From contig OX597827.1 in assembly GCA_951406725.2 (NCBI GenBank), positions 45,260,001 to 45,324,000 of the forward strand: a DNA stretch of 64,000 nt, read 5' to 3'. Below, piece by piece: positions 42,503 to 55,397 of the stretch (its first letter is position 1; each line of letters starts with the position of its first letter). This DNA is from Octopus vulgaris (taxonomy: Eukaryota). Below the pieces are notes generated by a model. That model searched no databases, had not been told where the DNA came from, and saw nothing but the letters and a program-made list of their open reading frames with translations. Made by a program: the position numbers and the translations under genes.

Positions 42503-42593
42503 ATGTGCGCCCGTGCGTGCGTGTGTGTGTGTACATGTGTGTGTGTGTATTCGGGTTATATATATATCTGGGATTCGTACATATATACATACA

Positions 42594-42644
<51 letters not shown>

Positions 42645-43432
42645 ACACACTCATATACACACACGTACACATGTATATAAAGAATCTGCACATGGGACCA
42701 TAGCCTACTAGAAATAGCAACCCAATCTATTTTCCTTAAATTCTCTAGAAAAAGAGGACATATTGGATTATGTAGTCTTTGGTTTTAGATACACCCCTAA
42801 TGATCATTGTTCATTGACACAAGCAATCCAGGGCCGGAGATGAAGACCCCCTGACTTCTTACCTTGCATTCTGGTTCTCCATGCACACGCTTTCATAACA
42901 GCGACTGTACACAGAAAACAAGCCTCACTTTCCTTAATACGAAAGAACATTTACTGACCAAAGACAATAAATAAATAAATAAATGATAAAAAAATTTGTC
43001 ACACAGTGTAATAACAAGATATGACAGATATTGGTGCCTGTTATAGTAGAGCTGCGCAAAACACTTTTAAAATATTGACCACTAATGTAATTAAATATAT
43101 TCCTACTCACGTACGGAACGTAATATTAACACGTTCCATATGCAATTATTAATAACCAATAACATTCTTTCGGATACTGCTGCTTATAATAATTACTAGT
43201 GTAGGAAAATATGCTCAAATATTAACTACGGAACATACATTTACATAAATAGAAGTACATTTGCAGACACACGCGCGTGCGCACTCGTCGCCACGTGGAC
43301 ACGCACACACGTGTGTACACGTTGAGCCAAAATTCACGAATTATCAAAACGCAGTAATCGCAAAACCTGAAACCACAGATTATGTATACGGATTGCAATA
43401 TGCAGTCAGACGTGTCGTTTAAGCCCTGCTTT

Positions 43433-43507
<75 letters not shown>

Positions 43508-43508
43508 G

Positions 43509-43574
<66 letters not shown>

Positions 43575-43575
43575 A

Positions 43576-43626
<51 letters not shown>

Positions 43627-43663
43627 CATCTATCTATCCATCTATCTATCCACCTATCTATCC

Positions 43664-43738
<75 letters not shown>

Positions 43739-43831
43739 CATACATACACACACACATATATGTGATATACATACATACATACACACATACATACATACAT
43801 ACATACATACATACATACATACATACATACA

Positions 43832-43864
<33 letters not shown>

Positions 43865-44129
43865 GTGTGTGTGTATACACACACACACATTCAAATATGG
43901 AAAAAGTTTAAAAACCTTCAGGGTCAATAAACCACTTCTCTAGAAAGTTATTTTTTATACCTTCTAGGGACTGCTCGAAGCTTATTAACTTCCTACAGCT
44001 CAATCCTTGGATCTTATCTTTAGATGTAATTATATATATATATATACACACATACATACATGCACAAAGGCTTACACACACACGCACTCACATATACCTA
44101 CATTCATACACACCTTCTTACGTTTTTGT

Positions 44130-44256
44130 GGTCTGGAGCAACGTGAAATGAAGTGATTTGCTCCAGAACACAATGCGTCGCCCGGTCCAGGAATCGAAAC
44201 CACAATCTTACGATCATGATGCTGACACCCTAACCACTAAGACACGCGCCTCCACT
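44130..44256 (-). mobile_element. SINE family C, 5' half
   Basis: Reverse complement of about 16894-17015. Confidence 0.85.
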
Positions 44257-44510
44257 GATTAGATATCTAACCGATATCGAGCGATCGATTTATTAATCGA
44301 TCGCTTGATTAATGTGCTGGTTACAAATCTAGGTACATTTTCAACGAAGAATCAAGTAAAAGAATGAAAAACAATATTGAAATAAATGAAACATTTTTAT
44401 AGATTAAAACGTATTAGTTTTTATTTATTTATTTCTGATTATTGAAAAAAAAACATTATTTCTGCATACATCATTATATGCAACAAACTATAGGCAAGAA
44501 ATATTGAGAA

Positions 44511-44905
44511 CTAGCAGTATCGCCCGGCGTTGCTCGGGTTTGTAAGGGAAATAACTATAAAGCATTTTTAGAGAGTTATAGCAAAAAAAAAATGGAAAAA
44601 AAATTATGGTAAATTTTTTTTTGAGAGTTAAAACGGTCGAGTTGCGTCCCCTAGACAGTCTGTGGTTTGTGTTTCTGATTCTCGACCCCATGTCGAATTT
44701 ATCGATTTTTTTTTCAGAACTGGGGGAACTTTTCAAAATTTTCTCTGCGTTAGTTTTGAATTATGGCATTGGGCTATGTGTGTGTCAAGTTTCATCAGAA
44801 TCGGTTGAAAGCCGTGACCAGGGTGAGGGTACAAGCTAACAGACACACAGAAACACAGAAACACAGAAACACACACAGACAAACTGCCGTTTATATATAG
44901 AGAGA
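44511..44905 (-). mobile_element. Complete non-autonomous Helitron (395 bp)
   Basis: Minus strand: A|TCTCTCTATATATAAA at the 5' end, subterminal hairpin CCCGAGC-AAC-GCCGGG, then CTAG|T. No TSD, AT target. Confidence 0.9.
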
Positions 44906-45209
44906 TAAAACAATGTTCGTGTATATAATATTTTTAGTTGATTTTACAATTTCATAACTGGGATGCCTGCGAGATCCGCCTGCTATAGTAAATTCACTTT
45001 GACCAGCTAAGATCTCTAAATCTGATGGATTCCCAACTCTGTTGAGGACAACATAGAACTGATCATGTACGAATAGGTCAGTAGTATTGTAAAGAAAGTT
45101 ACGCGTTAGAATTTAACAGATAAAATGTAAATATTTGTTCGTAAGTTTTCTTAACAAACAATTTTAAGAACGGAGATTCATAATTTTGTATCATACATAC
45201 GTATGCGCG

Positions 45210-45241
<32 letters not shown>

Positions 45242-45242
<1 letters not shown>

Positions 45243-45672
45243 TTCTTTATTAGCCACACAGGGCTGCACACAGACAGGACAAATTACAAGGTAGAGCTTT
45301 TCTTTTGGGGGTGAAAAAAAGGGGGTCTGGTTTTCGATCAAAAGGGATCGTAAAAGGAAAGAAAGAGGACAAAAAAAGGGGGGGGGGTAAAAAGGGGGGA
45401 GAGAAAAGAAAAAATTGATCAATAGGGATCATTATCACAGAAATGTCAATATGAAGTGTAAAGGGGAGGACAGGTGAGGTTTACCCGTGGAAAGAAAAGC
45501 CTACGGAAAAGACCACGGTAACCTCGGTCAATGAAGTCACATGTTATATTTCTTTTTTTTTTTTTTGCAAATAAGCAACTCTCTGTATTAATTTTTACGG
45601 TTCATAGAATCATAGTCATGGTGGCTTCGTCATTCATAGTGCCATCCTTGCTACATTCACCCATCTTTTTTT
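45242..45672 (-). mobile_element. 5'-truncated copy of a related Tx1-type LINE (end of ORF2 plus 3'UTR)
   Basis: The minus strand encodes KRWVNVARMA..MNDEATMTMIL*, matching the full element's KKWVKVAKMVSMKDDTILSINL*. It ends GCAGCCCTGTGTGGCTAATAAAGAAAC before (TA)n. Confidence 0.85.
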
Positions 45673-46010
45673 AGATAGATACATACATACATACGTACAT
45701 ACATATATATGGAGGGAGCGCGAGCGCACGCGTGTGTGTGTGAGAGAGAGAGAGAGAGGGCGGAGTGTATTGAGTGAAAGACGGAATTAAAAACCGTGAT
45801 AGAACGCTGTCGCTGCGGCACTCGCTTGAATTTGTGAAATTACACGTTTATCATTCATGACAAACTGTTAAATAATGCCTTTTAAAATGGCTGTAAGAAA
45901 ATAAACATCCGAATATCTTCTGAAATGATTGAATGGGGGACAGTACCTGAGTCATTTACGTTTTTTGTGTACTGGGTGAGAGATCGTGGTAAAAACAGTA
46001 ACAGATAGAT

Positions 46011-46054
<44 letters not shown>

Positions 46055-46247
46055 AGTCAAAATGAGGGTGAAAAATTGGATATTAATTTTATAACATCAA
46101 TTTAACACCATTTGTTGTTTTTCATTTGTCTTGCTCGCTTACGTTTCTGGAGTGCTAAATTTTCTGGAGAATAATTCTTAGTGGTTGAGATCATAGCGGA
46201 TCTTTTTCTAGCCTAAGGGTTTCCACATATTGGTTTCCTCTTGTATT

Positions 46248-46284
<37 letters not shown>

Positions 46285-47071
46285 GGCGATAAACAGATAG
46301 ATTGATAGATAGACAGACAGATAGATAGATAGAGAGACAGACAGACGGCTAGGTACTTAGATAAATAGATAGACAGACATACAGCCAGATAGACAGATGA
46401 ATTGATACATGGCATTTCTTATTGTGAAGAAAGAAATAAAAAAAAATTGATAGCGGAAAACAAATACGAATTCGTAAATTTTCTTAAGAGAAATTTAAAG
46501 GACGAAGGTTAATGATTTTCTTGCCATTTTGTAATAAACTTATTTCTTTTATAAGAAGAAATTTATTATGTTATCAAATTAGTAGCTTAATGTCCTTAAA
46601 TATCGTGTGGAGTATTTGTATGTGTCTGAGTACTTAATGCATACATGCACACATGCATACATACATACTTACGTACATGCATAAATGCATACATGCATAC
46701 ATACATACTATATGCATGCATAGATCCATGCATGCATGTATGTATGCATATAGAAAAAGAGCATGAGAGAAAGAGAGGGGGAGTCATGAACCAAACCGGA
46801 ATTTATTTATAGACAGACAGATTTGACAAAAAATTATTATAACGATTGCTTGCATCGCAGTTCTAATTTCATATGTTATTCACTTCCGTTACACACTCAC
46901 GCATGCATGCACACACATACACACACACACACACATGCACGCACATACATGCACGCACATACATGCACGCACACACATGCACACACACACACACACACAC
47001 ACACGCATGCATGCACACACACACACACGCGCACAGACGCACACATGCATTCACACACACATTGAATCGGA

Positions 47072-47261
47072 CTGACGTCAGGTAAAAAGTTCAAATGACG
47101 TCATACAGAGATTTCCCTCAAATATAATCTATATAATGATATTTTATACTATCATCGATCAGTGCTGTCGTTTCTTGCAAACATATTTAGGTCACGAAAA
47201 CATTTTCAATGACGTCATTCCTATGTCAACGAAGCAATGTTTGCGTGGATCAACTTCCGGT
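47072..47261. promoter_or_regulatory. Candidate CREB/ATF-responsive module: 3 full CRE sites and 1 ETS site
   Basis: TGACGTCA at 47073-47080, 47096-47103 and 47210-47217. ACTTCCGGT at 47253-47261. Confidence 0.55.
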
Positions 47262-47288
47262 CAGACTATATTTCTCGGCTTAGCTTCA

Positions 47289-47889
47289 ATTTAATACCGT
47301 GTTCTTTAGCCTAGGGTTAACCTTGATCCAGTAAACCTATGATCGAACGCTTTTTAACTTTGTCTATACACCTTCCACACCCATTTAAATGCACCTAAAT
47401 CTACATTATCCAAAATAATAATGTTTCTTAAATGTAAGATTTTAGGGCATGTGTTACTAGAGACCTAGCTGTTATTTCTAGCAGACCAAGTGAATGCATA
47501 TACGCTCTTTCAGTTCGTTTTAATAATACTAAATCATATAGTGAGTAGTTATGAAGGCGTGGAATTGGTAGTCATTAGAACGTTGGATATTTAATACCGT
47601 GTTCTTTAGCCTAGGGTTAATCTTGATCCAGTAAACCTATGATCGAACGCTTTTTAACTTTGTCTATACACTTCCCACACCCATTTAAATGCACCTAAAA
47701 CTACATTATCCAAAATAATAATTTTTCTTAAATGTAATATTTTAGGACATGTGTTACTAGAGACTTAGTTGTTATTTCTAGCAGATTAAGGGAATGTATA
47801 TACGCTCTTTCAGTTCCTTTTAATAATACTAAGTCATATAGGGAGTAGTTATGAAGGCGAGGAATTGGTAGTCATTAGAACGTTGGATA
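47289..47889. repeat. Tandem duplication, 2 x 300 bp
   Basis: Exact 300-nt period, no indels, about 17 substitutions by manual count. Confidence 0.97.
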
Positions 47890-48856
47890 AAATGCCTTGT
47901 AGTATTTGTTCTGATCCCCCTCAGGTTAACATTGCATTTCCTCATTTTGGAGTTGATAAAGGAAGTGCCAATTAAGGGTAGAGGGCTTGGGAAGATGCCT
48001 TACTTGTTCTAGCTGTTTGTCTATTCATGGGAAAAGGCCGCCAACTTGGGTCGTTGCAGCTTGACACCAATATTGTCGCAAGCGCTACTTTCTGGAAACA
48101 ACGTCTATGACGAGACTGGTGACAGGGTGTACCGGCAGAAGTCAGTGGCCTTTCTCTTGAATACACATGAATGACGTAGAGATGAGAAATTTGCTTGGGC
48201 AACTACTCATCTTCCTCAAAAAATCTTGCCCTAACCTTGACCCACGGAGGCGGTAAAAGGTAGTTATATTCTGGATGACGTACACGAAAAGTTTCTCTTA
48301 GTTGGAGGAAAAAAAACCAACGTCAACTGTTGGTGGCTCTCAAAGAAAAAAGGAGATAATTTTAAAAAAAATTAAGAATGAGTTTCACCGAAAATTGTTA
48401 TTAATTTCCATGCTTAGAAGAAATATGATCTTTGTCAGATGCACGGAGACCGTGACGGACATATTTCAGTCTTGTTAGACCTTATCAATAGTTGTTTGTT
48501 ATAGTTTATATCTAGGTCAGCCGTGATCAAATAGAACAATGTTCAAAGGGATTTCAGCTGTGACTATCCCGACTTCATTTTTTGTAGCGATGTATCTAGG
48601 ACCGTTATACCCAATATGGGCATATTTTTTTTAGACAGCAAGGAGTAATTTGAAGAAGATTTAGCTGTTATTTCTAATATATCGACCACAAAGGGATTTC
48701 TCGGAGAGGTACAAGGCCACAAAATAAACCTTAAAGAAAATTTACTGTCAACTGAGTCGACACTAGGACAATAGTTGCACTTATTTCATCGTCAATGGAG
48801 CAGTGAAAAGCGAAGTTATTCTCCGACGAGATTTGAACTCAGAACAGAAATTATGT

Positions 48857-49128
48857 AAGTAAATATTGTATGAATTTAGTCTTTCTGACACTGGACATCT
48901 TCCGACTCTCTTCATCAGGTAAATAAATTGTAATTATGGAATTTTGCTTTTTATATTGGCACAAGGACATCAGCGGTTGAGTGGCCGAATAAAGTAAATA
49001 TTGTATGAATTTAGTCTTTCTGACACTGGACATCTTCCGACTCTCTTCATCAGGTAAATAAATTGTAATTATGGAATTTTGCTTTTTATATTGGCACAAG
49101 GACATCAGCGGTTGAGTGGCCGAATAAA
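48857..49128. repeat. Tandem duplication, 2 x 135 bp, identical
   Basis: 48857-48991 equals 48992-49126. Confidence 0.97.
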
Positions 49129-49513
49129 CCGGCGTGTTATGAAATTTATATATCATTCATTACCTGAATAGAAACAAGGCTGGTAAACTGGAAGGCATGA
49201 TAGAATGACAAATAAAATGATGATGGGTTTCTGGAATTTTAGAGAGGCAGATAAATAGCGGTAGATTTGTAGGACTGGCAGACCGTAGACAGAATGGCTA
49301 CGGAATGGAAAAGTCGGGAAGGTGGCAGCGAAAATAGCGGTGGATTGGCAGGGAAAACGGTTTACAGTATTTAATTTTATGTTATTTTATTTTACGTTAT
49401 GAGTTAAATCTTGCCCAAATAAACCTAATCTTTTATCATTCCTAAGTCGATAAAATAAGGTGCTAGTCAAGTTCTAGGGTGGTAGATATAATCCATAAGA
49501 TATAATCCAGCTT

Positions 49514-49920
49514 ATGGTGGCGAGCTGACAGAAACGTTAGCACGCCGGGCGAAATGCTTTGCGGTATTTCGTCTGCCGTTACGTTGTGAGTTCAAATTCC
49601 CCCGAGGTCGACTTTGCCTTTCATCCTTTCGGGGTCGATAAATTAAGTACCAGTTACGCACTGGGGTCGATGTAATCGACTTAATACCTATGTCTGTCCT
49701 TGTTTGTCCCCTCTATGTTTAGCCCCTTGTGGGTAATAAAGAAATAGGTATTTCGTCTGCCGTCACGTTCTGAGTTCAAATTCCGCCGAGGTCGACTTTA
49801 CCTTTCATCCTTTCGGGGTCGTTTAAATAAGTATCACTTACGCACGATATGGTCGACTTAATCCGTTTGTCTGTCCTTGTTTGTCCCCTCTGTGTAGCAC
49901 CTTGTAGGTAGTAAAGAAAT
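49514..49920 (+). mobile_element. SINE family B dimer, both units with the LINE-like tail (tail 1)
   Basis: tRNA-like head GGTGGCGAGCTGACAGAAACGTTAGCAC..GAGTTCAAATTCC. Core GTCGACTTTGCCTTTCATCCTTTCGGGGTCGATAAATTAAGTACCAG. Flanking direct repeat AGATATAATCCA at 49498-49509 and 49922-49933. Confidence 0.9.
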
Positions 49921-50359
49921 AAGATATAATCCATTACACACTTTTTCCCCTAAACTGTGATCATATTGTCCTTGCTAGAAACCATTAACGAAATCAAATC
50001 ACTACACACACCCTTCTTTCATCAATCCGCTGGGATAAGGACTAAGTCGGCCACGAAAATATCTGTGCTCCGGATATCACGGAACACAACGAAATAGCAG
50101 TAAAGTATTTTTGTCAGTTGCGTTGCCATTACTTACAATTCTTAATCTCAATAATAACTTCGATAATAATCTCTAATATAGACGCTCACGTGTTTTTGAA
50201 GAAGGGCGTAGCAGATTGTATTGAACTTAGTGCTTGACTGGCATTTTATTTTATTGATTTCTACGTAAAGATGAAAGGCAAAGTTAACCCTATTGAGTTT
50301 CAATTCAAAATGTGAATAAATATTCCCAGTAATTATTTTACTGATTCTACATATCTGCT

Positions 50360-50623
50360 TTGTGGAGGCGCGTCACTTAGTGGTTAGGGTGTCAGCATCA
50401 TGATCGTAAGATTGTGGTTTCGATTCCTGGACCGGGCGACGCGTTGTGTTCTTGAGCAAAACACTACATTTCACGTTGCTCCAGTCCACTCAGCTGACAA
50501 AAATGAGTAACGCTGCGATGGATTGGCGTCCCGTCTGTCCAGCTGGGGAACACATACACCATTGAAACTATGAAACAGGGCCCATGAGCCTGGCTAGGCT
50601 TTAAAATGGTCCATTTATTTATT
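50360..50623 (+). mobile_element. SINE family C with 12-bp TSD
   Basis: TSD TACATATCTGCT at 50348-50359 and 50624-50635. Confidence 0.92.
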
Positions 50624-50654
50624 TACATATCTGCTACCAAGCGTCCTAATTATC

Positions 50655-51043
50655 CTTTCTACTTGAGGCAAAAGGCCTCATATTTGTGGGGAAGGGATTA
50701 AGTCAATTACATCGACCCCAGTGTTTCATTGGTACTTAATTTATCGACCCCGAAAGGATGGAAGGCAAAGTCGACGTCTGCGGAATTTGAACTCAGAACA
50801 TAGCGACAGGCGAAACACCGCTAAACATTTCGTCCGGCGCACTAACGATTCTTATTTCTTTATTGCCCACAAGGGGATAAACATAGAGGGGACAAACAAG
50901 AACAGACAAAGGGATTATGTCGATTACATCGACCCCAGTGCGTAAGTGGTACTTTATTTATCGACTCCGAAAGGATGAAAGGCAAAGTCGACCTCGGCGG
51001 AATTTGAACTCAGAACGTAACGTTTCTGCCAGCTCGCCGCCTT
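50655..51043 (-). mobile_element. SINE family B composite: tail-1 unit followed by a tail-2 unit
   Basis: Two consecutive bodies; junction ..AATAAAGAAATA|AGAATCGTTAG.. Confidence 0.85.
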
Positions 51044-51807
51044 ACCAAGTGTCCTAATAATAACAGCAATTTCTAGTATTAGCACAAGGCCAAATATTTT
51101 ATAGGAAGCAACAGTCGATTGTATCCATCCTAACTAGAGGAGGAAAACCAAAGTGAAAACCCGGTAAGATTTGAATTTACAACATAAATCGATACGAAGT
51201 ATATCTCAACGAAGGGAAATCGATTGAAGATCAAATTCTTGGAACATCATATAAAAGTGTATTTTACGTTTTACATCAATGAACTAGAAAGATATGGTAA
51301 GACAGCCCTTTTCATTCGTTACTCGATGCCATGGATCCTAGTTTTTTGAAACTAGTTTATAATTTTTGTTGGTTTTGCGATTTTATATTACGTCATCTTT
51401 TTAAACAAGGGAAATTCTACATATGAACTTCTGAGAAGAATTGCTAGAAATAGCATTCAAATTACCCCCAAGTGTCACCCAACAACCTTTGAAAACGCAA
51501 GTCATTCGATAACGTAGTCTTAGTTACACTGAATAAAAGACGGATAAAGATCGCTTTTTGATTATAGATCTGTTGGAGTATCGCTAACTTGGGATTAAAT
51601 AATGATGGTTTAAAATTTAGGCGCAAAGCCAGTGATTACATCAGCCGCAATATTTAACTGGTACTTTATTTTATTGGCTTGAAAGGGTGAAAGGTAAAGT
51701 CGACATTGGCGGTATTAAAATTCGGAACGTATTGGGTTGAGAGAAATGCCGTAAAGCATTTTGTGCGATGCACTAACGATTCTGCCAGCAGCAACAACAA
51801 CAACACC

Positions 51808-51838
<31 letters not shown>

Positions 51839-51877
51839 TTAGTAGTAGTATTAGTATTAGTAGTAGTAGTAGTAGTA

Positions 51878-51924
<47 letters not shown>

Positions 51925-51926
51925 TA

Positions 51927-52160
51927 TTATTTCTTTACTACCCACAAGGGGCTGAACACAGAGAGGACAAACAAGGACAGACAAACGGATTAAGTCGATT
52001 ATATCGACCCCGGTGCGTAACTGGTACTTATTTAATCGACCCCGAAAGGATGAAAGGCAAAGTCGACCTCGGCGGAATTTGAACTCAGAACATCACGGCA
52101 GACGAAATACGGTATACGCATTTCGCCCGGCGTGCTAACGTTTCTGCCAGCTCGCCGCCT
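51927..52160 (-). mobile_element. SINE family B, full length, tail 1
   Basis: Head, core and tail intact. On its strand it is followed by a microsatellite and an older family B copy (about 51610-51790). Confidence 0.9.
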
Positions 52161-52894
52161 TTATAATAATAATAATAACGATAACAACAACAACAACAAC
52201 AATAATAAGCTGGTATCTTTTGGAAGAGTTACCTCAATGCTTTATATATTAACCAAAAGGAAGTAGATTAACAAAATTATTTTTTGAACCTGTTGAAGAC
52301 ACACAAGATGTCGAAATATCGTTCACTAGATGACAATGGCACTCTTCTAGTTTTGACTCTATATCATCTGGAGGAAAATTCGGTTAAAATCATAGCTTAA
52401 TTTTGAAGCCGTTATTTTAACCGAGTTTTCAGCTCTGTTCCAGAATATCTATGCTTAGTATACATTTCAAACTCGACCATTCTGTCATTTGTTTTAGCAA
52501 GCAATGAATCTAGGTCTACGTTAACCAATGTGTTCTTTCATTTATTTTTTCTTTAAAGAAAGTAAGTTTTCATATGGAAGAGATTTAACGATTAAATGTA
52601 TCAAATCGATCGATCATGCAACAACAACAAAAAAAATCCCTTGTAGAATCGATCGATATCACAAACCTTTTAGGTTATGGAGATCGGAGTATTAGCGTTG
52701 GTTTTACGATGGATCACTGTAAAATATTAATGATTCTTCGTAAATCATGCTTGGATTCTCTATGAACATTTCTCTTTCAAACTTTAAATGTTGTTCTTCA
52801 CTGAAAATTGATTAAAATTACTAACTTCCGTTGCAGAGAAGGATGAATTCTCATCGGATTACTGACATCTTTCTGCAAACAACAGATTATATCG

Positions 52895-52947
<53 letters not shown>

Positions 52948-53189
52948 TTTTATCTTTTTATTTATTCATCTCACGAGTTTAATCCTTTAACTTCTAAGAA
53001 CGGGGAAAGGGTGATGTAACCAACCTGTTCTAGCATAATGTACAGCATTATGGCATTAGCAATTTCCTGTTGTCGTACACCCCAGCAATGTACTAAATAA
53101 CAATTAGCAAACCTCTTTAATGATATCGTAGGCCGCTCACTCTGACATTCTTCTGACATTTTATTCATTGACTCAGTTTAGATATGACT

Positions 53190-53747
53190 GGAGGCGCGTG
53201 GCTGACTGGTTAGGGTGTTGGACTCATGATCGTAAGATTGTTGTTTCGATTCCTGAACAGGGAAGGGGAGCGTTGTGTTCTTGAGAAAAATACTTCATTT
53301 CGCGTTGCTCCAGTCCACTCGGCTGGCAAAAATGAGTAACACTGCGATGGACTGGCGTTCCGACCAGCTGGGGAACACATACACCATTGAAACCGGGAAA
53401 CCGGGCCCATGAGCCTGGCTAGGCTTTAATAGGGCGCGAGAAACGACCAGAGAGAAACAAAATAAGTTAATGAATAATACAATATACATGGGTAGAGGCG
53501 CGTGGTTTAGTGCTGTTGGACTCACTATCGTAAGACTGGGGTTTCAATTTCTGGACCGCACAACGCGTTGTGTTCTAGAGCAAAACACTTCATTTCGCGT
53601 TACTCCAGTCCACTCAGCTGGCAAAAATTAGTAATCTTGCGACGCACCGGCGTCCCGTCCAGGTAGATAATTTATACGCCATGGACACCACGAAACCGGC
53701 CCTTATGAGTCTGTATGACTCGGGAAGGAACCTTGTTTTACTACAAC
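53190..53747 (+). mobile_element. Two family C SINEs plus a spacer inside a single TSD pair
   Basis: TTAGATATGACTGG at 53178-53191 and 53748-53761. Confidence 0.85.
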
Positions 53748-54010
53748 TTAGATATGACTGGCTCTTACAACAATAAGAAATCCTCCCTTGTAAGATCTGG
53801 CTATGCTTCTTTCCTAAGCTACAAAGCTGAACGTATGTGTTTAATATCTAAGTTTCTTTTGTTGTCGTTATGGAAGATATTAATATATCGACTCCGAAAG
53901 GATGAAAGGAAAAGTTCACCGCGGCGGAATTTGAACTCAGAACATAACGACATACGAAATACCACTAAGCATTTCGCCCGGCGTGCTAACGTTTCTGCCA
54001 GCTCGCCGCC

Positions 54011-54059
<49 letters not shown>

Positions 54060-54461
54060 TAATAATAATAATAATAATAATGGTGGCTACTCGCATCAAT
54101 TTCGAGGTATGAGTATTTGAAGGAAAGGATTTAAAATTACCAAAAAAAAAAAGAATAAAAATAAAAGGAGTTGTATCTTTCGCGATGGATGGATGCGTGG
54201 AATGTAATTTGAGTCCAGGAATGGATTTTGCTATGAAGTCACAATGGCGACAGTAACGATTTTGACTTTGCCTGGGATTGGATGAATGTGTCTGCAGACT
54301 GCAGGATATTATCCTTTTATTGTTCTGTTTCTTCGCCTCAAGTTGTTTAGATGCATCATGACACATTTTACACCACTCTGATCGATCGCGACAATAACTT
54401 TCCCAAGATGTTAAATTAAGTTGCAGGAATTTTAGTTATTGTTTCAACTTATCTTTATACC

Positions 54462-54521
<60 letters not shown>

Positions 54522-54523
<2 letters not shown>

Positions 54524-54791
54524 TGGAGTCTAAAAACAGAAACATTTCCTATCATAGTGGGTGCATTAGGTATGATAAAAAAATATTCAGACAAATACAT
54601 AACAAAAACACCAGGACTTACAAATATTTAAACATACAGAAAACTGCACTACTGGGCATTGCACACATGCTACGCAAAACACTTTCAAAACAGTAACCAC
54701 AAGAGCATCACAGCAAACCACAGCACATACCCAAGGCACAAAGAGCTGCGCTCGGTAGTAAAGTGAAAGCACGTTATAAAAATAAAAACTA

Positions 54792-54795
<4 letters not shown>
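54522..54795 (+). mobile_element. 3' stub of an RLE-type (R4/Dong-like) LINE, second family
   Basis: MWSLKTETFPIIVGALGMIKK..NIQKTALLGIAHMLRKTLSKQ*, then a short 3'UTR. (TAA)n on both sides. Confidence 0.8.
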
Positions 54796-54856
<61 letters not shown>

Positions 54857-54872
54857 TACTACTACTACTACA

Positions 54873-54942
<70 letters not shown>

Positions 54943-54954
54943 ATAATAATAATA

Positions 54955-55240
54955 ATAGCTCGATTATGGAAAATGAAGAAGGTGAAGATAGTGCCAATTA
55001 TTGTTGGGTCCTTGGGAATAGTATCTGGATGCACCAAGGGGAATATGAAGGAAATTGGAATAGAGTGCCCAGTAGAACTGTTACAAAAGATTTGCCTCCT
55101 TTGCATGGCCATGATAATCAGGAAAGTATCCGATAGCTGAAAAGAATAAATAGTATGGTATCGTAGGCTGCAGGTAGCAAACCCGCTACACATGCAAGAC
55201 TTCAAGAGCTCCAACAAAAACCCGCGATAAAGAGAAATAA
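54955..55240 (+). mobile_element. 3' stub of an RLE-type (R4/Dong-like) LINE, third family
   Basis: IARLWKMKKVKIVPIIVGSLGIV..LLQKICLLCMAMIIRKV. Flanked by TAA repeats. Confidence 0.75.
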
Positions 55241-55397
55241 TAATAATAGTAAATAATAGTAATTTCAAATTTTGCCACAAGGACAGCAATTTTAGGGGAG
55301 GGGATAAATCGATTACATCGACTCCAGTGATGATGTGGGATTCTTCCATCTAAGACGGCATACGAGCGTTTAGCTTTTGTCGAACGACCTGTACATA

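Noticed and set aside
48870-48920. Minus-strand CTGATGA..GAAA resembling a hammerhead
   Set aside because: No stem II or stem III pairing could be built.
47289-49128. Direct repeats as a CRISPR-like array or LTR pair
   Set aside because: Only two adjacent units each, with no spacers, no TG..CA ends, no primer-binding site and no internal region.
48851-49156. 101-aa ORF with a perfect 45-aa repeat
   Set aside because: By-product of the 135-bp DNA duplication over decayed repeat sequence.
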